Shown here in pieces: positions 32,538-43,492 of a stretch of 64,000 nt of DNA. Where the stretch lies: the NCBI GenBank assembly GCA_963668315.1, contig OY764216.1, positions 3,872,001 to 3,936,000 on the forward strand. The letters are read 5' to 3'. The number at the start of each line of letters is the position of its first letter. The first letter of the stretch is position 1. The translations under genes and the position numbers were made by a program. The notes under the pieces were generated by a model. That model worked only from the letters and a program-made list of their open reading frames with translations, ran no database searches and had not been told where the DNA came from. Source of the stretch: Spirochaetia bacterium. GTDB lineage: Bacteria > Spirochaetota > Spirochaetia > DSM-2461.

Positions 32538-34409
32538 ATGACCTTCGGGAATGGCGGGAGTTATGCTTTTGAGGTTGATGATTTCCGCAAAATGGATCAG
32601 AATATACTTAATATGGATAGCAAAAAAGAATCGATTGAGTCTAATGTCCTTGAGAATTTCAGCAGTCCCCCTTCAGGCTTCCTGGACCTTGCCGAAGATA
32701 CGGGCATATACAGTTTCTGGGAGTGGAATCTGGAGAAGGACCGCATCTATTTAACAGAAAACATCTCGAAGATTCTCTGTATTGATAAGAATTACATTTC
32801 AAGCAAGGAATTTGAAAATCTGCTGAGTCCCGATTTCAGTAATATTGAAATACCGATCAGGGAATCCGTCCTGGAACATAAGGAGTCCTTCAACTATAAG
32901 TTGAAGTTGCTGCTTTCGGGTAAAAAGGAAAAATGGATTAATGTCTGGGGCAAACTTCATTCGGGCGGACAGAAAGTTGTCGGGTTAATATCCGATATAA
33001 CCGAACTGGAACAGCGTACTCTTGAACTGAGCGAATCCGCCTTAAGGGCGGAGCGCTCCCAGGCGATAGCCCATTTAGGCTCATGGGAATATGAGGCCGA
33101 TGATGGGACGATAATCTGGAGTGATGAAACTTACAGAATTTTTGGAAAAAACAAGGATTATTTTATACCTTCCTTCGAAACGTTTCTGGAGAATGTGCAT
33201 CCCGAAGACCGGGAGATGGTCTCTCTGGCATTCAAGAATTCCATCAAGAACAGAGAATACGGATATGAAATTAAGCACCGCATAATTAATGCCATAACCG
33301 GCAATACCAGATGGGTCCATGAAAAATGCTTCCATAAATGGGGCAGAGACGGAGAACATATCTGTTCCACCGGAGTCGTGCTGGATATAACAGAGAAAGA
33401 GCTTCTGACCCGGAAGTATGAAAACTTTTACCAGGCCATCGAAAATTCCTCCAATGCGGTTATTATAACAGATGGGGAAGGAAGGATCATCTATTCAAAC
33501 CGTGCCTTCGAAACGCTCTACGGATATACATCGGAGGAGATACTGGGTAAAACGCCGGCCATATTGAATCCGGGAATTGATGTATACAGGGATTACGGCT
33601 TCAGCGAGGATGATTACGCTTCCACCTTCTCGGCCATGTGGAAGGATATCGTCGATCCTGAAAAGGAGCATTGGGACGGGGAACTGCTGAATCAGACAAA
33701 GACCGGAGAGACAATCCGGGTCCATCTTTATGTCAATGCGGTAAAAAATGAAAAGGGTGAGATAACCTCTTTTATCGGCTACCCGATAGATATTTCCAGC
33801 CAGTACCTCAGGGAGAAAGAGATAAGGTTTCAGACGATTATGGCCATAGCCGATCTGGCTGAACAGAGGGATAATGAAACCGGCCAGCATATGAAGAGGA
33901 TCGGGCTGTTTGCCTCTTTTATTTCCGGAAAAATGGGACTGACCGCAAAGTTCTGCGAAGATATTAAGATGTTTGCCCCTCTTCATGATATCGGCAAAGT
34001 CGGAATCAGCGATAATATTCTGCTTGCCGAAAGAAAACTTACCGATGAAGAGTTTGAGACAATGAAAACGCATACCCAGATCGGGTATAATATCCTGAAA
34101 AACCGGCCTCTTATGGAAATGGCGGCGGATATCGCGCTCAATCACCAGGAAAAATATGACGGTTCCGGTTATCCCCGGGGGATGGCAGGTTCGGACATAC
34201 CTCTCCCGGCAAGAATAACAAGCCTGGCCGATGTCTATGATGCCTTAAGAAGTAAACGGCCCTATAAAGAACCTTTCAGCCACGAAAAAGCGAAAAAGAT
34301 AATTTCAGAAGGCCGGGGCAGACATTTTGATCCGGAGATAACCGATCTTTTCCTTGAATACGACAGGGATTTTGAAGCGATTTATGATACGTTGAAAGAT
34401 CAGGATTAG
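32538..34409 (+). CDS. Multi-PAS HD-GYP cyclic-dinucleotide phosphodiesterase (start uncertain)
   Basis: PAS/PAC repeats (GSWEY, VHPEDR, VIITD); RDNETGQH, LHDIGK, HQEKYDGSGYP, ADVYDAL, RPYK. Confidence 0.9.
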   Translation: MTFGNGGSYAFEVDDFRKMDQNILNMDSKKESIESNVLENFSSPPSGFLDLAEDTGIYSFWEWNLEKDRIYLTENISKILCIDKNYISSKEFENLLSPDFSNIEIPIRESVLEHKESFNYKLKLLLSGKKEKWINVWGKLHSGGQKVVGLISDITELEQRTLELSESALRAERSQAIAHLGSWEYEADDGTIIWSDETYRIFGKNKDYFIPSFETFLENVHPEDREMVSLAFKNSIKNREYGYEIKHRIINAITGNTRWVHEKCFHKWGRDGEHICSTGVVLDITEKELLTRKYENFYQAIENSSNAVIITDGEGRIIYSNRAFETLYGYTSEEILGKTPAILNPGIDVYRDYGFSEDDYASTFSAMWKDIVDPEKEHWDGELLNQTKTGETIRVHLYVNAVKNEKGEITSFIGYPIDISSQYLREKEIRFQTIMAIADLAEQRDNETGQHMKRIGLFASFISGKMGLTAKFCEDIKMFAPLHDIGKVGISDNILLAERKLTDEEFETMKTHTQIGYNILKNRPLMEMAADIALNHQEKYDGSGYPRGMAGSDIPLPARITSLADVYDALRSKRPYKEPFSHEKAKKIISEGRGRHFDPEITDLFLEYDRDFEAIYDTLKDQD

Positions 34410-34479
34410 CCCGGACACGGCAGTTTCTTTAATCGCCTCAACGCTCTTTTCAAAGTCTTCACTCAGTCTGACCTTACGG

Positions 34480-34508
34480 TTGACTAATTAAAGATAAACA
34501 TTCATTAT
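34480..34508 (+). promoter_or_regulatory. Promoter of the lysS leader
   Basis: TTGACT(34480-34485)-17 bp-CATTAT(34503-34508); the +7 position is the A of the leader ATG. Confidence 0.65.
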
Positions 34509-34514
34509 ATTTAT

Positions 34515-34601
34515 ATGTGTATTATCCCTATCAATACGATAACGAATAAATCTCTTAAACAGAAAAAGATCTCGTTTCGCCTGTGGGGACATAAGGTTTA
34601 A
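34515..34601 (+). CDS. Putative Lys-rich leader peptide (28 aa)
   Basis: MCIIPINTITNKSLKQKKISFRLWGHKV*; four Lys codons within seven codons. Confidence 0.65.
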   Translation: MCIIPINTITNKSLKQKKISFRLWGHKV

Positions 34602-34622
34602 CTGTATATGTTTTGTAATCAC

Positions 34623-34650
34623 GCCCCGCATAGTGCGGGGCTTTTTTTTT
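34623..34650 (+). terminator. Attenuator terminator upstream of lysS
   Basis: GCCCCGCA-TAG-TGCGGGGC followed by T9, immediately before the GGAGG SD. Confidence 0.9.
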
Positions 34651-34661
34651 GGAGGAACATC

Positions 34662-35685
<1,024 letters not shown>

Positions 35686-35687
35686 AT

Positions 35688-35716
35688 AAATACGGGCTAG
35701 ATGGCTCCGTATTTTT
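35688..35716 (+). terminator. Probable terminator after lysS
   Basis: AAATACGG..CCGTATTT stem followed by Ts. Confidence 0.55.
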
Positions 35717-35764
35717 CAATCATCTTGAAGTTCATATTAAAAATAAATACTATGACAAAGCATT

Positions 35765-36118
35765 ATGACAATTAAAGATTTTTCCGAGAAAACAGATATT
35801 TCCATTTCCGCAATAAGATATTACGACAGCCTGGGACTGTTTCCCGGCTTATCAAGAAACGCCTCGGGATACAGAGAGTTTACCGAGAAGGATATCTCCT
35901 GGGCTCTGTTTATCAACAGACTCAAAGATACGGGAATGGCAATTAAGGACATCATGATCTATTCAGAACTTCGCGACCAGGGTGACTCAACCATTTCAGA
36001 AAGATTGGAAATCCTTGAAAATCATAGAAATGCATTAAAGGAGAAGATTGAAAGAGACAATCAGAATCTGATCCGTCTCGATGAAAAAGTCGATTTCTAT
36101 AAAAAGCTCTTGCCCTAA
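35765..36118 (+). CDS. MerR-family transcriptional regulator
   Basis: MTIKDFSEKT..AIRYYDSLGL..RNASGYREF, LKDTGMAIKDI. Confidence 0.92.
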   Translation: MTIKDFSEKTDISISAIRYYDSLGLFPGLSRNASGYREFTEKDISWALFINRLKDTGMAIKDIMIYSELRDQGDSTISERLEILENHRNALKEKIERDNQNLIRLDEKVDFYKKLLP

Positions 36119-36140
36119 AGTAAACTTTATACTTTAGCCT
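36110..36140 (+). promoter_or_regulatory. MerR-type promoter/operator with 19-bp spacer
   Basis: TTGCCC-19 bp-TAGCCT with the dyad TAAAGT-AA-ACTTTA (36116-36129) in the spacer. Confidence 0.75.
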
Positions 36141-36168
36141 CAAAAAAAAGATCCAAGGAGAAGGCTAT

Positions 36169-36543
36169 ATGAGCTATGATTTTCAGAGAGGTGTTGAACT
36201 GTTACAGCAAGTGGACGGAAAGGGCGGTAAAGACGTAATTGAAAACCTGCAATCGGTGAGTCCGGACCTGGGGAAGTATATAATTGAGTATGCTTTCGGC
36301 GAGATTTATACCAGAGAGGCTCTGGGACTGAGGGACAGGGAACTGGTAACCATTTCCTCCCTGGCGGCCATGGGAGATTGCGCGCCCCAGCTGAAAGTCC
36401 ATCTGAACGGGGCTCTGAATTGCGGTATTACGGAAGAAGAGATTCTGGAGACTTTCCTTCACCTTTCCGTTTACTGCGGTTTCCCCAAGGCTATCAATGC
36501 CATCCTTACGGCGAAAGAAGTCTTCGGGGACAGGGTAATGTAA
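36169..36543 (+). CDS. Carboxymuconolactone decarboxylase (CMD/AhpD-like) family protein
   Basis: AFGEIYTR..L..RDRELVTI, QLKVHLNGALN.G, YCGFPKA. Confidence 0.9.
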   Translation: MSYDFQRGVELLQQVDGKGGKDVIENLQSVSPDLGKYIIEYAFGEIYTREALGLRDRELVTISSLAAMGDCAPQLKVHLNGALNCGITEEEILETFLHLSVYCGFPKAINAILTAKEVFGDRVM

Positions 36544-36565
36544 ACGGATCATTTTACTTCCCCTC

Positions 36566-36928
36566 TTAGAAGGGGGAGTTAAGGCCCATTTCCTTCAAAC
36601 GGTACAGCATCTCTATAAGCTGATGACCGGCTACACGCTCACCTTCCTGTACATACGGGAAACCCAGTTTTCCATAAAAACCCCGAAGATGCTGGTGGGC
36701 GTGAATCTCGATGGAAACCAGACCGGAATTCCGGGCATGCTCGATCATAGCCCTGACCACCTTTCCGGCTATTCCCCTGCCCCTGTAATCCTTAACCACC
36801 GCGATACGTCCCATGATGCCATGCTTCAGGTAAAAAGACTGTGACCAGGGTGCCCATCGTTGAAAATTCGTTGTAATCAGAAGATATCCCTGTTGCCACA
36901 CCGAACACCATATTGTCTTTCTCCGCAA
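36566..36928 (-). pseudogene. N-terminally truncated or mosaic GNAT (ElaA/YjcF-like)
   Basis: MGRIAVVKDYRGRGIA..HAHQHLRGFYGKLGF; upstream part not GNAT-like in this frame. Confidence 0.6.
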
Positions 36929-37273
36929 TCCGCTGGAATCAGCGTCTGATAAGGAGCATAGGATTTCTTAATAACAGTAAGGAGTGAGATGCGGACGGGA
37001 GGGGTAAAAACAATCCAGATGAGAAAATACCCCATGAATACTTCTCATGAAACCTCTCTTTCGGTGAACCTTTTATATCCGTAACTCCCCAGGTAATAAT
37101 ACTGATAATATAAAACTCAACCTATGATTAATTCCTTTCCTTGATTGATTATGACAAATATTCCTATGTAATACCATCTTTATCGTGATAATATAGGAAT
37201 GAAAGAAAAAAGGATTTCCGATGAAAAGAGATATTTTACTCCTTTCTGTTCCGGCATTTAGGGAGGTATTGAG

Positions 37274-37624
37274 ATGAAAAAAGAGATGAAAGATGAACTT
37301 TATATTCTCTGGACCAACGATAATATCATGACTTCAGAAAAAATGGTTTGTATGTATGCCCATAATGCGGTATTGAGGGGGTGGTGGGCAGAAGTAACGG
37401 TTATCATCTGGGGAGCCACCGCAAAACTGGTTTCTGAGAATAAATCGATTCAGATAAAACTGAAGGAGATGATTCACGATGGAGTCAAGGTCTCTGCCTG
37501 TAAAGCCTGCGCCGACCAGTTAGGGGTGACAGAGATAATTGAATCCCTGGGAATCGAAATCAAATACTGGGGAGAACCTCTTACGGATCTACTCAAGTCG
37601 GATAAAAAAATCCTCACCATATAG
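37274..37624 (+). CDS. DsrE-family protein
   Basis: ILWT, WW.EVTVIIWGA, ACKACAD; GGGAGG SD. Confidence 0.82.
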   Translation: MKKEMKDELYILWTNDNIMTSEKMVCMYAHNAVLRGWWAEVTVIIWGATAKLVSENKSIQIKLKEMIHDGVKVSACKACADQLGVTEIIESLGIEIKYWGEPLTDLLKSDKKILTI

Positions 37625-37915
37625 GACAGGAAACCGGCTTAGAAACGGAACGGCTTGCTCAGGGAAAGAAGATGTCGTATATTAATAAACATACCATCAC
37701 TTAAGAAGTTCTGAAAGAGAGCCGTTCCAATAATTTCTATCTCCGGGGATTTTACTGTAAGCCTAAACCTCCTGAGAGAGATCCCGCCTATTGCTTTCGA
37801 AGGGTGTACCCTATTGGGGCGTTAGATAGAATCCGACATAGGGGGAGTGGGAAGAATAACATCTGTCTTTCTTCAAAGAATCAAAAAGCCGGGAAGAATC
37901 AGGAGGAATGATATT

Positions 37916-38554
37916 TTGAAAACGTTAATCAGCGAAACGCAGGAAGTCATTAAGCGGGAATTCATAAATCATAAAAGACCGGATTATTCTTTCCGAAGCA
38001 GACACAGCCATACTCTCCGCGTCCTGAAATGGGCAGAAAGAATTCAGGGGAAGGAAGGAGGGAATCCGGATATCGTCACCATGGCCGTTCTCCTCCATGA
38101 CATCGGTTGGGATGAAGAAAGACCCCATAATGAAATCAGTTATGAATATGCTCTGAAATACCTGAAAGATAAGGAAATCGATGACGGCCTGAAGAAGCAG
38201 ATATGCCGGGCCGTATTGAACCATAATCAGAGGCATCTTCCCGACGGCGAACTGTCCCTGGAGGAAAAAATCGTTATGGACGCCGATATAATCGATGAAA
38301 TAGGGATTATTTCCATTGTGTGGGATTCTCTCTCCACAGCTATACAGGAGACGGAATACAACTTCTACACGGTTCTTGAGAGGCTCCAAAAAATCGAGAA
38401 CGGTGGATATGAGGCACGGGAGAAATACCTGAAAACGAAAACAGGATTGGAAATCTACCGGGAGAGAGTCGGTGTTTTTGAGAAAGCAATTGCCAACTAC
38501 TCCTATGAGTTATGTCTGTCCGAAGAGAACCCCGAAGCCTTACACGATTCATAA
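37916..38554 (+). CDS. HD-domain phosphohydrolase
   Basis: HTLRV, AVLLHDIG, HN, MDADIID; TTG start after AGGAGG. Confidence 0.85.
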   Translation: MKTLISETQEVIKREFINHKRPDYSFRSRHSHTLRVLKWAERIQGKEGGNPDIVTMAVLLHDIGWDEERPHNEISYEYALKYLKDKEIDDGLKKQICRAVLNHNQRHLPDGELSLEEKIVMDADIIDEIGIISIVWDSLSTAIQETEYNFYTVLERLQKIENGGYEAREKYLKTKTGLEIYRERVGVFEKAIANYSYELCLSEENPEALHDS

Positions 38555-38586
38555 GAAAGTATCTTGATAGTGCAGGAAGTGAGAAA

Positions 38587-39585
38587 ATGAACATGCAGCT
38601 GGTAAAGTATTCAGAAATTACCGAGGACCAATACGAAGATTATATCGGAGAGTGGGAAGCTTCCGGCGAAACAATCGTTCCCAGCGCATCAAGAAAAAAT
38701 AACAACTCTTTCAAGGAATTGCGCGACGCCTGGAATTTGTATGAAACGGATATCATGTATGCAAAGGGTTTTGTTCCCGCAACACTCTATTTTTATTTAG
38801 ATGATGAAAACAGAATCATGGGAGCCATCCATCTGCGCCATGATATCAACAAACGGTTGAGAGAGAACGGTGGTCACATTGGCTACGGTGTAAGACCTAG
38901 TGAAAGGAAAAAGGGATATGCCTCCCGTATGCTTTCTGATTTGTTGAAGATGATCTGGCAGGAAGGCTATGAGAAAGTTCTGATAACCTGTGATGAAAAT
39001 AATATCGCTTCGGCGGGAACAATAGAAAAAAACGGCGGTGTCCTGTGGGATAGACCTCTCTTTGAGGGGACCATGACCAGGCGATATTGGTTGTATCCCT
39101 GTAAGATACGAAAAATCGAGGGTAAGCCCGACTTCACGGAAATAATCGATCTCATAAGGGAGGAATGGCCTTCTGAATTAGGAGAGACGGAAGATTCGGT
39201 CATAATCCAGGAAATGGAACAAAGCTATAACAGCGCAACAGATAGTGTAAAATCCCTTTACAGGGACGGCAGGATTATTGGCTTCTACCGTTATTCTCTG
39301 TGGCCCCGGGAAGACCGTTTTCCCAAGGCGGCCCATGTGATGGATATTGCCCTTTCCCCGGAAGTTCGCCACAGGGGATGGGGCACTTTGCTTATGAAAG
39401 ATATGATGGAAGAGTGCCGCAGGAAAGGATTGAAAACGCTTCTCAGCCGCAGTTACAGATCCAATGAAGCATCCTGCGGATTACATAAATCTCTCGGGTT
39501 CTCCCTGGTAAAAGAAATGGCTGACTCCTTTATCTGGAAGATTTCTCTGATAGAAGGGATCGAACCAGACAATGAGAAATTATAG
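38587..39585 (+). CDS. Tandem GNAT acetyltransferase (two domains)
   Basis: GGHIGYGVRPSERKKGYA..NIASAGTIEKNGG and IALSPEVRHRGWG..NEASCGLHKSLGF. Confidence 0.85.
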   Translation: MNMQLVKYSEITEDQYEDYIGEWEASGETIVPSASRKNNNSFKELRDAWNLYETDIMYAKGFVPATLYFYLDDENRIMGAIHLRHDINKRLRENGGHIGYGVRPSERKKGYASRMLSDLLKMIWQEGYEKVLITCDENNIASAGTIEKNGGVLWDRPLFEGTMTRRYWLYPCKIRKIEGKPDFTEIIDLIREEWPSELGETEDSVIIQEMEQSYNSATDSVKSLYRDGRIIGFYRYSLWPREDRFPKAAHVMDIALSPEVRHRGWGTLLMKDMMEECRRKGLKTLLSRSYRSNEASCGLHKSLGFSLVKEMADSFIWKISLIEGIEPDNEKL

Positions 39586-40036
39586 GAAGAAAGAGATGAG
39601 CCCCACGATCTATACCATTATGACCATTGACGATTACGATGACGTCTTTGCCCTCTGGAACAGTAACCCCGGCATGGGCATGCGCTCCCTGGATGACTCC
39701 CGAAAGGGGATCGATACCTTCCTGAAAAGAAATCCCCGGACCTGCTTTGTCTGCCGCAGGGGACCTTCGATTTGCGGGGTGATTCTTTGCGGTCATGACG
39801 GAAGGCGGGGCTATATCTACCATATGGCAGTGCACAGCGGTTTCCAAAGGAAAGGAATTGGCCGCCGCCTTGTGGAAGAAGTAATTGAGGCCCTCAAACG
39901 GGAGGGCATCAATAAAGCGGCTCTGGTTGTCTATGCCGATAACGAAAGGGGGAACCGTTTCTGGGAATCCCTCGGTTTTTCCCAGCGGGAAGATCTGATC
40001 TACCGGGACAGGGTTCTAAACAGGGACAATACCTGA
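39572..40036 (+). CDS. GNAT acetyltransferase (YpeA-like; start possibly 39596)
   Basis: CGHDGRRGYIYHMAV..QRKGIG, FWESLGF. Confidence 0.9.
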   Translation: MRNYRKKEMSPTIYTIMTIDDYDDVFALWNSNPGMGMRSLDDSRKGIDTFLKRNPRTCFVCRRGPSICGVILCGHDGRRGYIYHMAVHSGFQRKGIGRRLVEEVIEALKREGINKAALVVYADNERGNRFWESLGFSQREDLIYRDRVLNRDNT

Positions 40037-40037
40037 T

Positions 40038-41411
40038 TCACCCCTCACAGGAGCGTTTTTCCTCTCTCCTCTCCTCCAGTTCACGAAGGATACGGCCGTA
40101 TGACTCCCTGTCCAGGTTGTAGAAATTCAGAATAATCATGGAAAGGGCCAGGCAGATAATGGGAAGATAGGTCAGAGTTAGCTGTATACCCCTCTCTGCG
40201 GCGGCTCCCTGCTGTGCCGCTCCGGGAATGTATCCTGTAACTTCCAGGGTCAATGCCACAATACCACCGGCCAGAGCTGTCGCCAGTTTCTGACTGAAGC
40301 TGAACAGGGAGTAGATGATCCCCTCGTTACGTTCGCCGTTGACCATTTCCCCGTACTCCACCGTATCGGGCAGCATGGCCCATCCCAGGGTGGAAACCAC
40401 GGTAAAGCCGAAACTGCTGAAGGCGGCCGTGGCCAGAACCACGGCGGGACGGTCATAGGGAATATAGTGAAACACCGCCGACCCGGCCACACCGATAAGG
40501 GCCCCCGCCATATAAGCCCCTTTCTTGTCAAGCCTGGCCGTTACGGCGGGAAGGGCCAGATTTCCCAGGATCATGGAAAGAACCACCACCCCCATGAAAA
40601 GGGGCATGAGCGAACTGTCCCCCATATTGTAAGTCACAAAGTAGATAACCGATGTTTCCCGGATATATTCCGCCGTGGCTCCTATAAGAAAGGCCGCCGT
40701 GAGTATCAGCAAAGGCCCATTCTTACGTAAGCCCCTCCCCTGCTCCCTCAAAAGGGTTTGACTCCCCGCGCCCTTCTCCCGGGTACGGGGTCGCGCCCTC
40801 TGATTCTTTACCAGGAAGGAGGTGGATCGGAAGCAGACAAAATAGAAGAGAGAGGCCAGCAGAGCATAGAAGAGGGCCGTCATGGTGTATCCCCGGCTCG
40901 GTCGGGAAAAGGCGCCTGTGACGGGCTCGGTGGCCACGGCGACGATAATAACACCGAACAGCATGAAGAGCATGCGCACCGAAGAGATTTTCGTTCTCTC
41001 CTGGGGATCCCGGCTCATCTCGGCAGTCATGGATGCGTAGGGGATGCTCACCATGGTGTAGAGCATGCCCCAGAGGATGTAGGTGGCCCCTGCGAACAGG
41101 ACCTTTCCCCGCCCCAGGGAGGGCACGGAGAAAAGGAGCACCGTGGCCGCCGCCAGGGGCAGGGAGGCGTACCGTATGAATACCCTCCCCCTTCCGTGGG
41201 GCGACTCGGTCCGGTCCACCAGAATCCCCATGATGGGATCGTTCACCCCGTCCCAGATCCGGGCGATAAGGAAAATAATCCCCACCACTCCCGGCGAAAT
41301 TCCCGCCACATCCGTATAGTAGTAGAGCAGATACAGAAGGGACATCTGAAAGAGCAGATTGTTCGCCAGATCACCCGCGGCGTACCCGGCCATGGTTCTT
41401 TTCGAAAGCAT
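40038..41411 (-). CDS. Glycoside-pentoside-hexuronide (GPH/MFS) cation symporter
   Basis: GDLANN, RIWDGVNDPIMG, IPYASM, MLPDTVEYGE; ATG 41411 after AGGAGG. Confidence 0.92.
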   Translation of the reverse strand: MLSKRTMAGYAAGDLANNLLFQMSLLYLLYYYTDVAGISPGVVGIIFLIARIWDGVNDPIMGILVDRTESPHGRGRVFIRYASLPLAAATVLLFSVPSLGRGKVLFAGATYILWGMLYTMVSIPYASMTAEMSRDPQERTKISSVRMLFMLFGVIIVAVATEPVTGAFSRPSRGYTMTALFYALLASLFYFVCFRSTSFLVKNQRARPRTREKGAGSQTLLREQGRGLRKNGPLLILTAAFLIGATAEYIRETSVIYFVTYNMGDSSLMPLFMGVVVLSMILGNLALPAVTARLDKKGAYMAGALIGVAGSAVFHYIPYDRPAVVLATAAFSSFGFTVVSTLGWAMLPDTVEYGEMVNGERNEGIIYSLFSFSQKLATALAGGIVALTLEVTGYIPGAAQQGAAAERGIQLTLTYLPIICLALSMIILNFYNLDRESYGRILRELEERREEKRSCEG

Positions 41412-41422
41412 CGGAAATCCTC

Positions 41423-42706
41423 CTATAAAAGCCTCTCCCGGCATAAAGCTCTGTAATAGAGAGCGCTGGGCCGCGGCCGTCTCTCCATGGTATCGTAGTC
41501 GATCTCCACCAGGCCGAAACGCGGTCCGTACCCGTCGTTCCACTCAAGATTATCCATGAGCGACCAGTAATAATAGCGCCTGATATCCACCCCTTCCTCC
41601 ATCAGTCTCAGAACCACCGCCAGATGATCCCTTATAAAGGCGGCCCTTTTTTCATCGGAGCTGTCGGCCAGGCCGTTCTCCGTGATATATACGGGAAGGG
41701 CGTACTTCTCCCAGAGAGGAGTGATAACCCCGGCCAGTCCCTCGGGATAGATCTCCCAGCCCAGATCGGTTAATTTCTCCTTCGGAAGGTCCGGATCAAA
41801 TCCCACCGTACCAAAGAGCCTGGCCGGGCTGACCGTCGGTGTGATGATATGCCGTGAGTAGTAGTTAACCCCCAGATAGTCGCAGAAGATTCCCTTGCCT
41901 TCGGGATAACCGGCTCCCAGGGGAAAAATAAGCTTTCCCTCGATCATCCCCTTGAGGTAGATTTTATGAAAGAGCCGCTCCATCAGCCCCTTTCCCAGAC
42001 GACAGAAAAGCCCTTTTCCGGGAGAGACGAAGAAGGCCAGGTGCTGGGCGTACCCCACCATGGTTTCCCCGGGGAAGTTTTTTTCCCTGCGGATTTTATG
42101 GATGAGTTTGTAAGCCCTGAGATGGGCTATTACCATGCGGCGGCTGACCTTGAAATAGGATAGCATGTCACCCTCATGCCCGGGGGGATATTTTCCGTCC
42201 ATATAGCTGTCATTGGCAAAAACATTCGGCTCGTTGATGGTGCACCAGTCGCACACCAGATCGCCCAATTCCTCCACAATCTTACCGCAGAAGCGCAGAA
42301 ACAGCCCCACAGCCTCCCGGGACATCCACCCTCCGGCCTCCTGGAACCACCGGGGACAGGAAAAATGGTGCAGCGTCACCATGGGAACAATCCCCCGGGC
42401 CCTGATCAATTCAAGCTCGCTCCGGTAATGGGCCATTCCCTCGGGGGACCAGACTCCCCTCTCCGGCTCAATCCGGCTCCATTCGACCCCCATTCTGTAG
42501 CACTGATGGCCCAATTCGGCCATCATCTCCGTATCCTCCCGGAACCGGGCATAATGATCGGCGCCGGTAAGACTGCTCTCTCCCCGGCCGACTTTCCCCT
42601 TAAGGGACCAATCGTACCAGTTCACATTCACATCCCCACCCTCGACCTGGGTGGCAGCCGTGGCCGAACCGAGAAGCAGTGACGCGGGTATTTTCTTTTT
42701 CATCAT
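41423..42706 (-). CDS. GH1 beta-glucosidase/beta-glycosidase
   Basis: ATAATQVEGG, WSRIEP, TINEP (acid/base), ITENG (nucleophile), DNLEW. Confidence 0.93.
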   Translation of the reverse strand: MMKKKIPASLLLGSATAATQVEGGDVNVNWYDWSLKGKVGRGESSLTGADHYARFREDTEMMAELGHQCYRMGVEWSRIEPERGVWSPEGMAHYRSELELIRARGIVPMVTLHHFSCPRWFQEAGGWMSREAVGLFLRFCGKIVEELGDLVCDWCTINEPNVFANDSYMDGKYPPGHEGDMLSYFKVSRRMVIAHLRAYKLIHKIRREKNFPGETMVGYAQHLAFFVSPGKGLFCRLGKGLMERLFHKIYLKGMIEGKLIFPLGAGYPEGKGIFCDYLGVNYYSRHIITPTVSPARLFGTVGFDPDLPKEKLTDLGWEIYPEGLAGVITPLWEKYALPVYITENGLADSSDEKRAAFIRDHLAVVLRLMEEGVDIRRYYYWSLMDNLEWNDGYGPRFGLVEIDYDTMERRPRPSALYYRALCRERLL

Positions 42707-42712
42707 CCTTTC

Positions 42713-43351
42713 CTAACTCCTTTCTCTGCCGTCTATGGCTTTCACATACAGATCGATCTGGCAATTCACCATATCCAGAAAGGATAATTCATACTCCTTT
42801 TCCAGTATCTCCCCCCTCACGGCTGCCTTCTGAGCGGCACCCCAGAGCAAGGTCGTCACGGTGGAAACGAAGAGCCCCGGGTCATGGTCAAGCCGAATGG
42901 ACCGGTCCTCCCTCCCCCGGGTGACAAGGGCCAGAAGCAGGGCTTCTGTCTCATGGGCGATCCCCCTGAACTCATCGGTCTGATCCCCGTCAAAGGAGAT
43001 TTTTCCCCCATCGCTATAAAAATAATCGAATTCGTCGAGAAAGCGGACCATCTCCTTTTGGGAAGTCATATAATCGACCAGCCCCCTGAGAAAGGCTTCA
43101 AATCGTTCCAGCCCTCCTCCCTCCAGCCGGTCGAACAGCTCTCTCTGGAAGGCATTGATCTCCCTTAATTTCTCATTTACAAGATCCAGAAGCAGATCTT
43201 CCTTCCGGGGATAGTAGCGGTAGAGGGTTCTCCTGTGATATCCGGAAGCCGCAGCCAGATCCTCCATGGATGTGGACCCGATACCTTCACTCATAAAAAA
43301 AAGAGAACTGACTTCTTTAATCCTTTTTCTTGTTTCATCTGCCTTACCCAT
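42713..43351 (-). CDS. TetR-family transcriptional regulator
   Basis: TSMEDLAAASGYHRRTLYRYYPRKEDL HTH; ATG 43351 after GAGGAG. Confidence 0.9.
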   Translation of the reverse strand: MGKADETRKRIKEVSSLFFMSEGIGSTSMEDLAAASGYHRRTLYRYYPRKEDLLLDLVNEKLREINAFQRELFDRLEGGGLERFEAFLRGLVDYMTSQKEMVRFLDEFDYFYSDGGKISFDGDQTDEFRGIAHETEALLLALVTRGREDRSIRLDHDPGLFVSTVTTLLWGAAQKAAVRGEILEKEYELSFLDMVNCQIDLYVKAIDGRERS

Positions 43352-43375
43352 CGAACCGTTCTCCTCTGAACATTT

Positions 43376-43394
43376 ATGCCACACTATGTGACAT
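43376..43394. promoter_or_regulatory. Probable TetR operator
   Basis: Near-perfect dyad ATGCCACA-CTA-TGTGACAT overlapping the start region of a minus-strand TGA-TAAAAT promoter. Confidence 0.6.
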
Positions 43395-43492
43395 TTTATC
43401 ATGAAATTCGAATCAAGGGAAAAAAAATGACTTTTTATGACTGTTTCTCAAAAAGAATTCATTCGGAAGGCCCGGATATGATAGGATGGATT

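Noticed and set aside
34480..34660. T-box or lysine riboswitch upstream of lysS
   Set aside because: No TGGNACC T-box bulge, stem I motifs or L-box consensus; leader too short
37735..37850. Moco riboswitch or T-box
   Set aside because: Only fragmentary similarity (CTCCG, CCTAA, AGGGTGTACC); conserved cores missing
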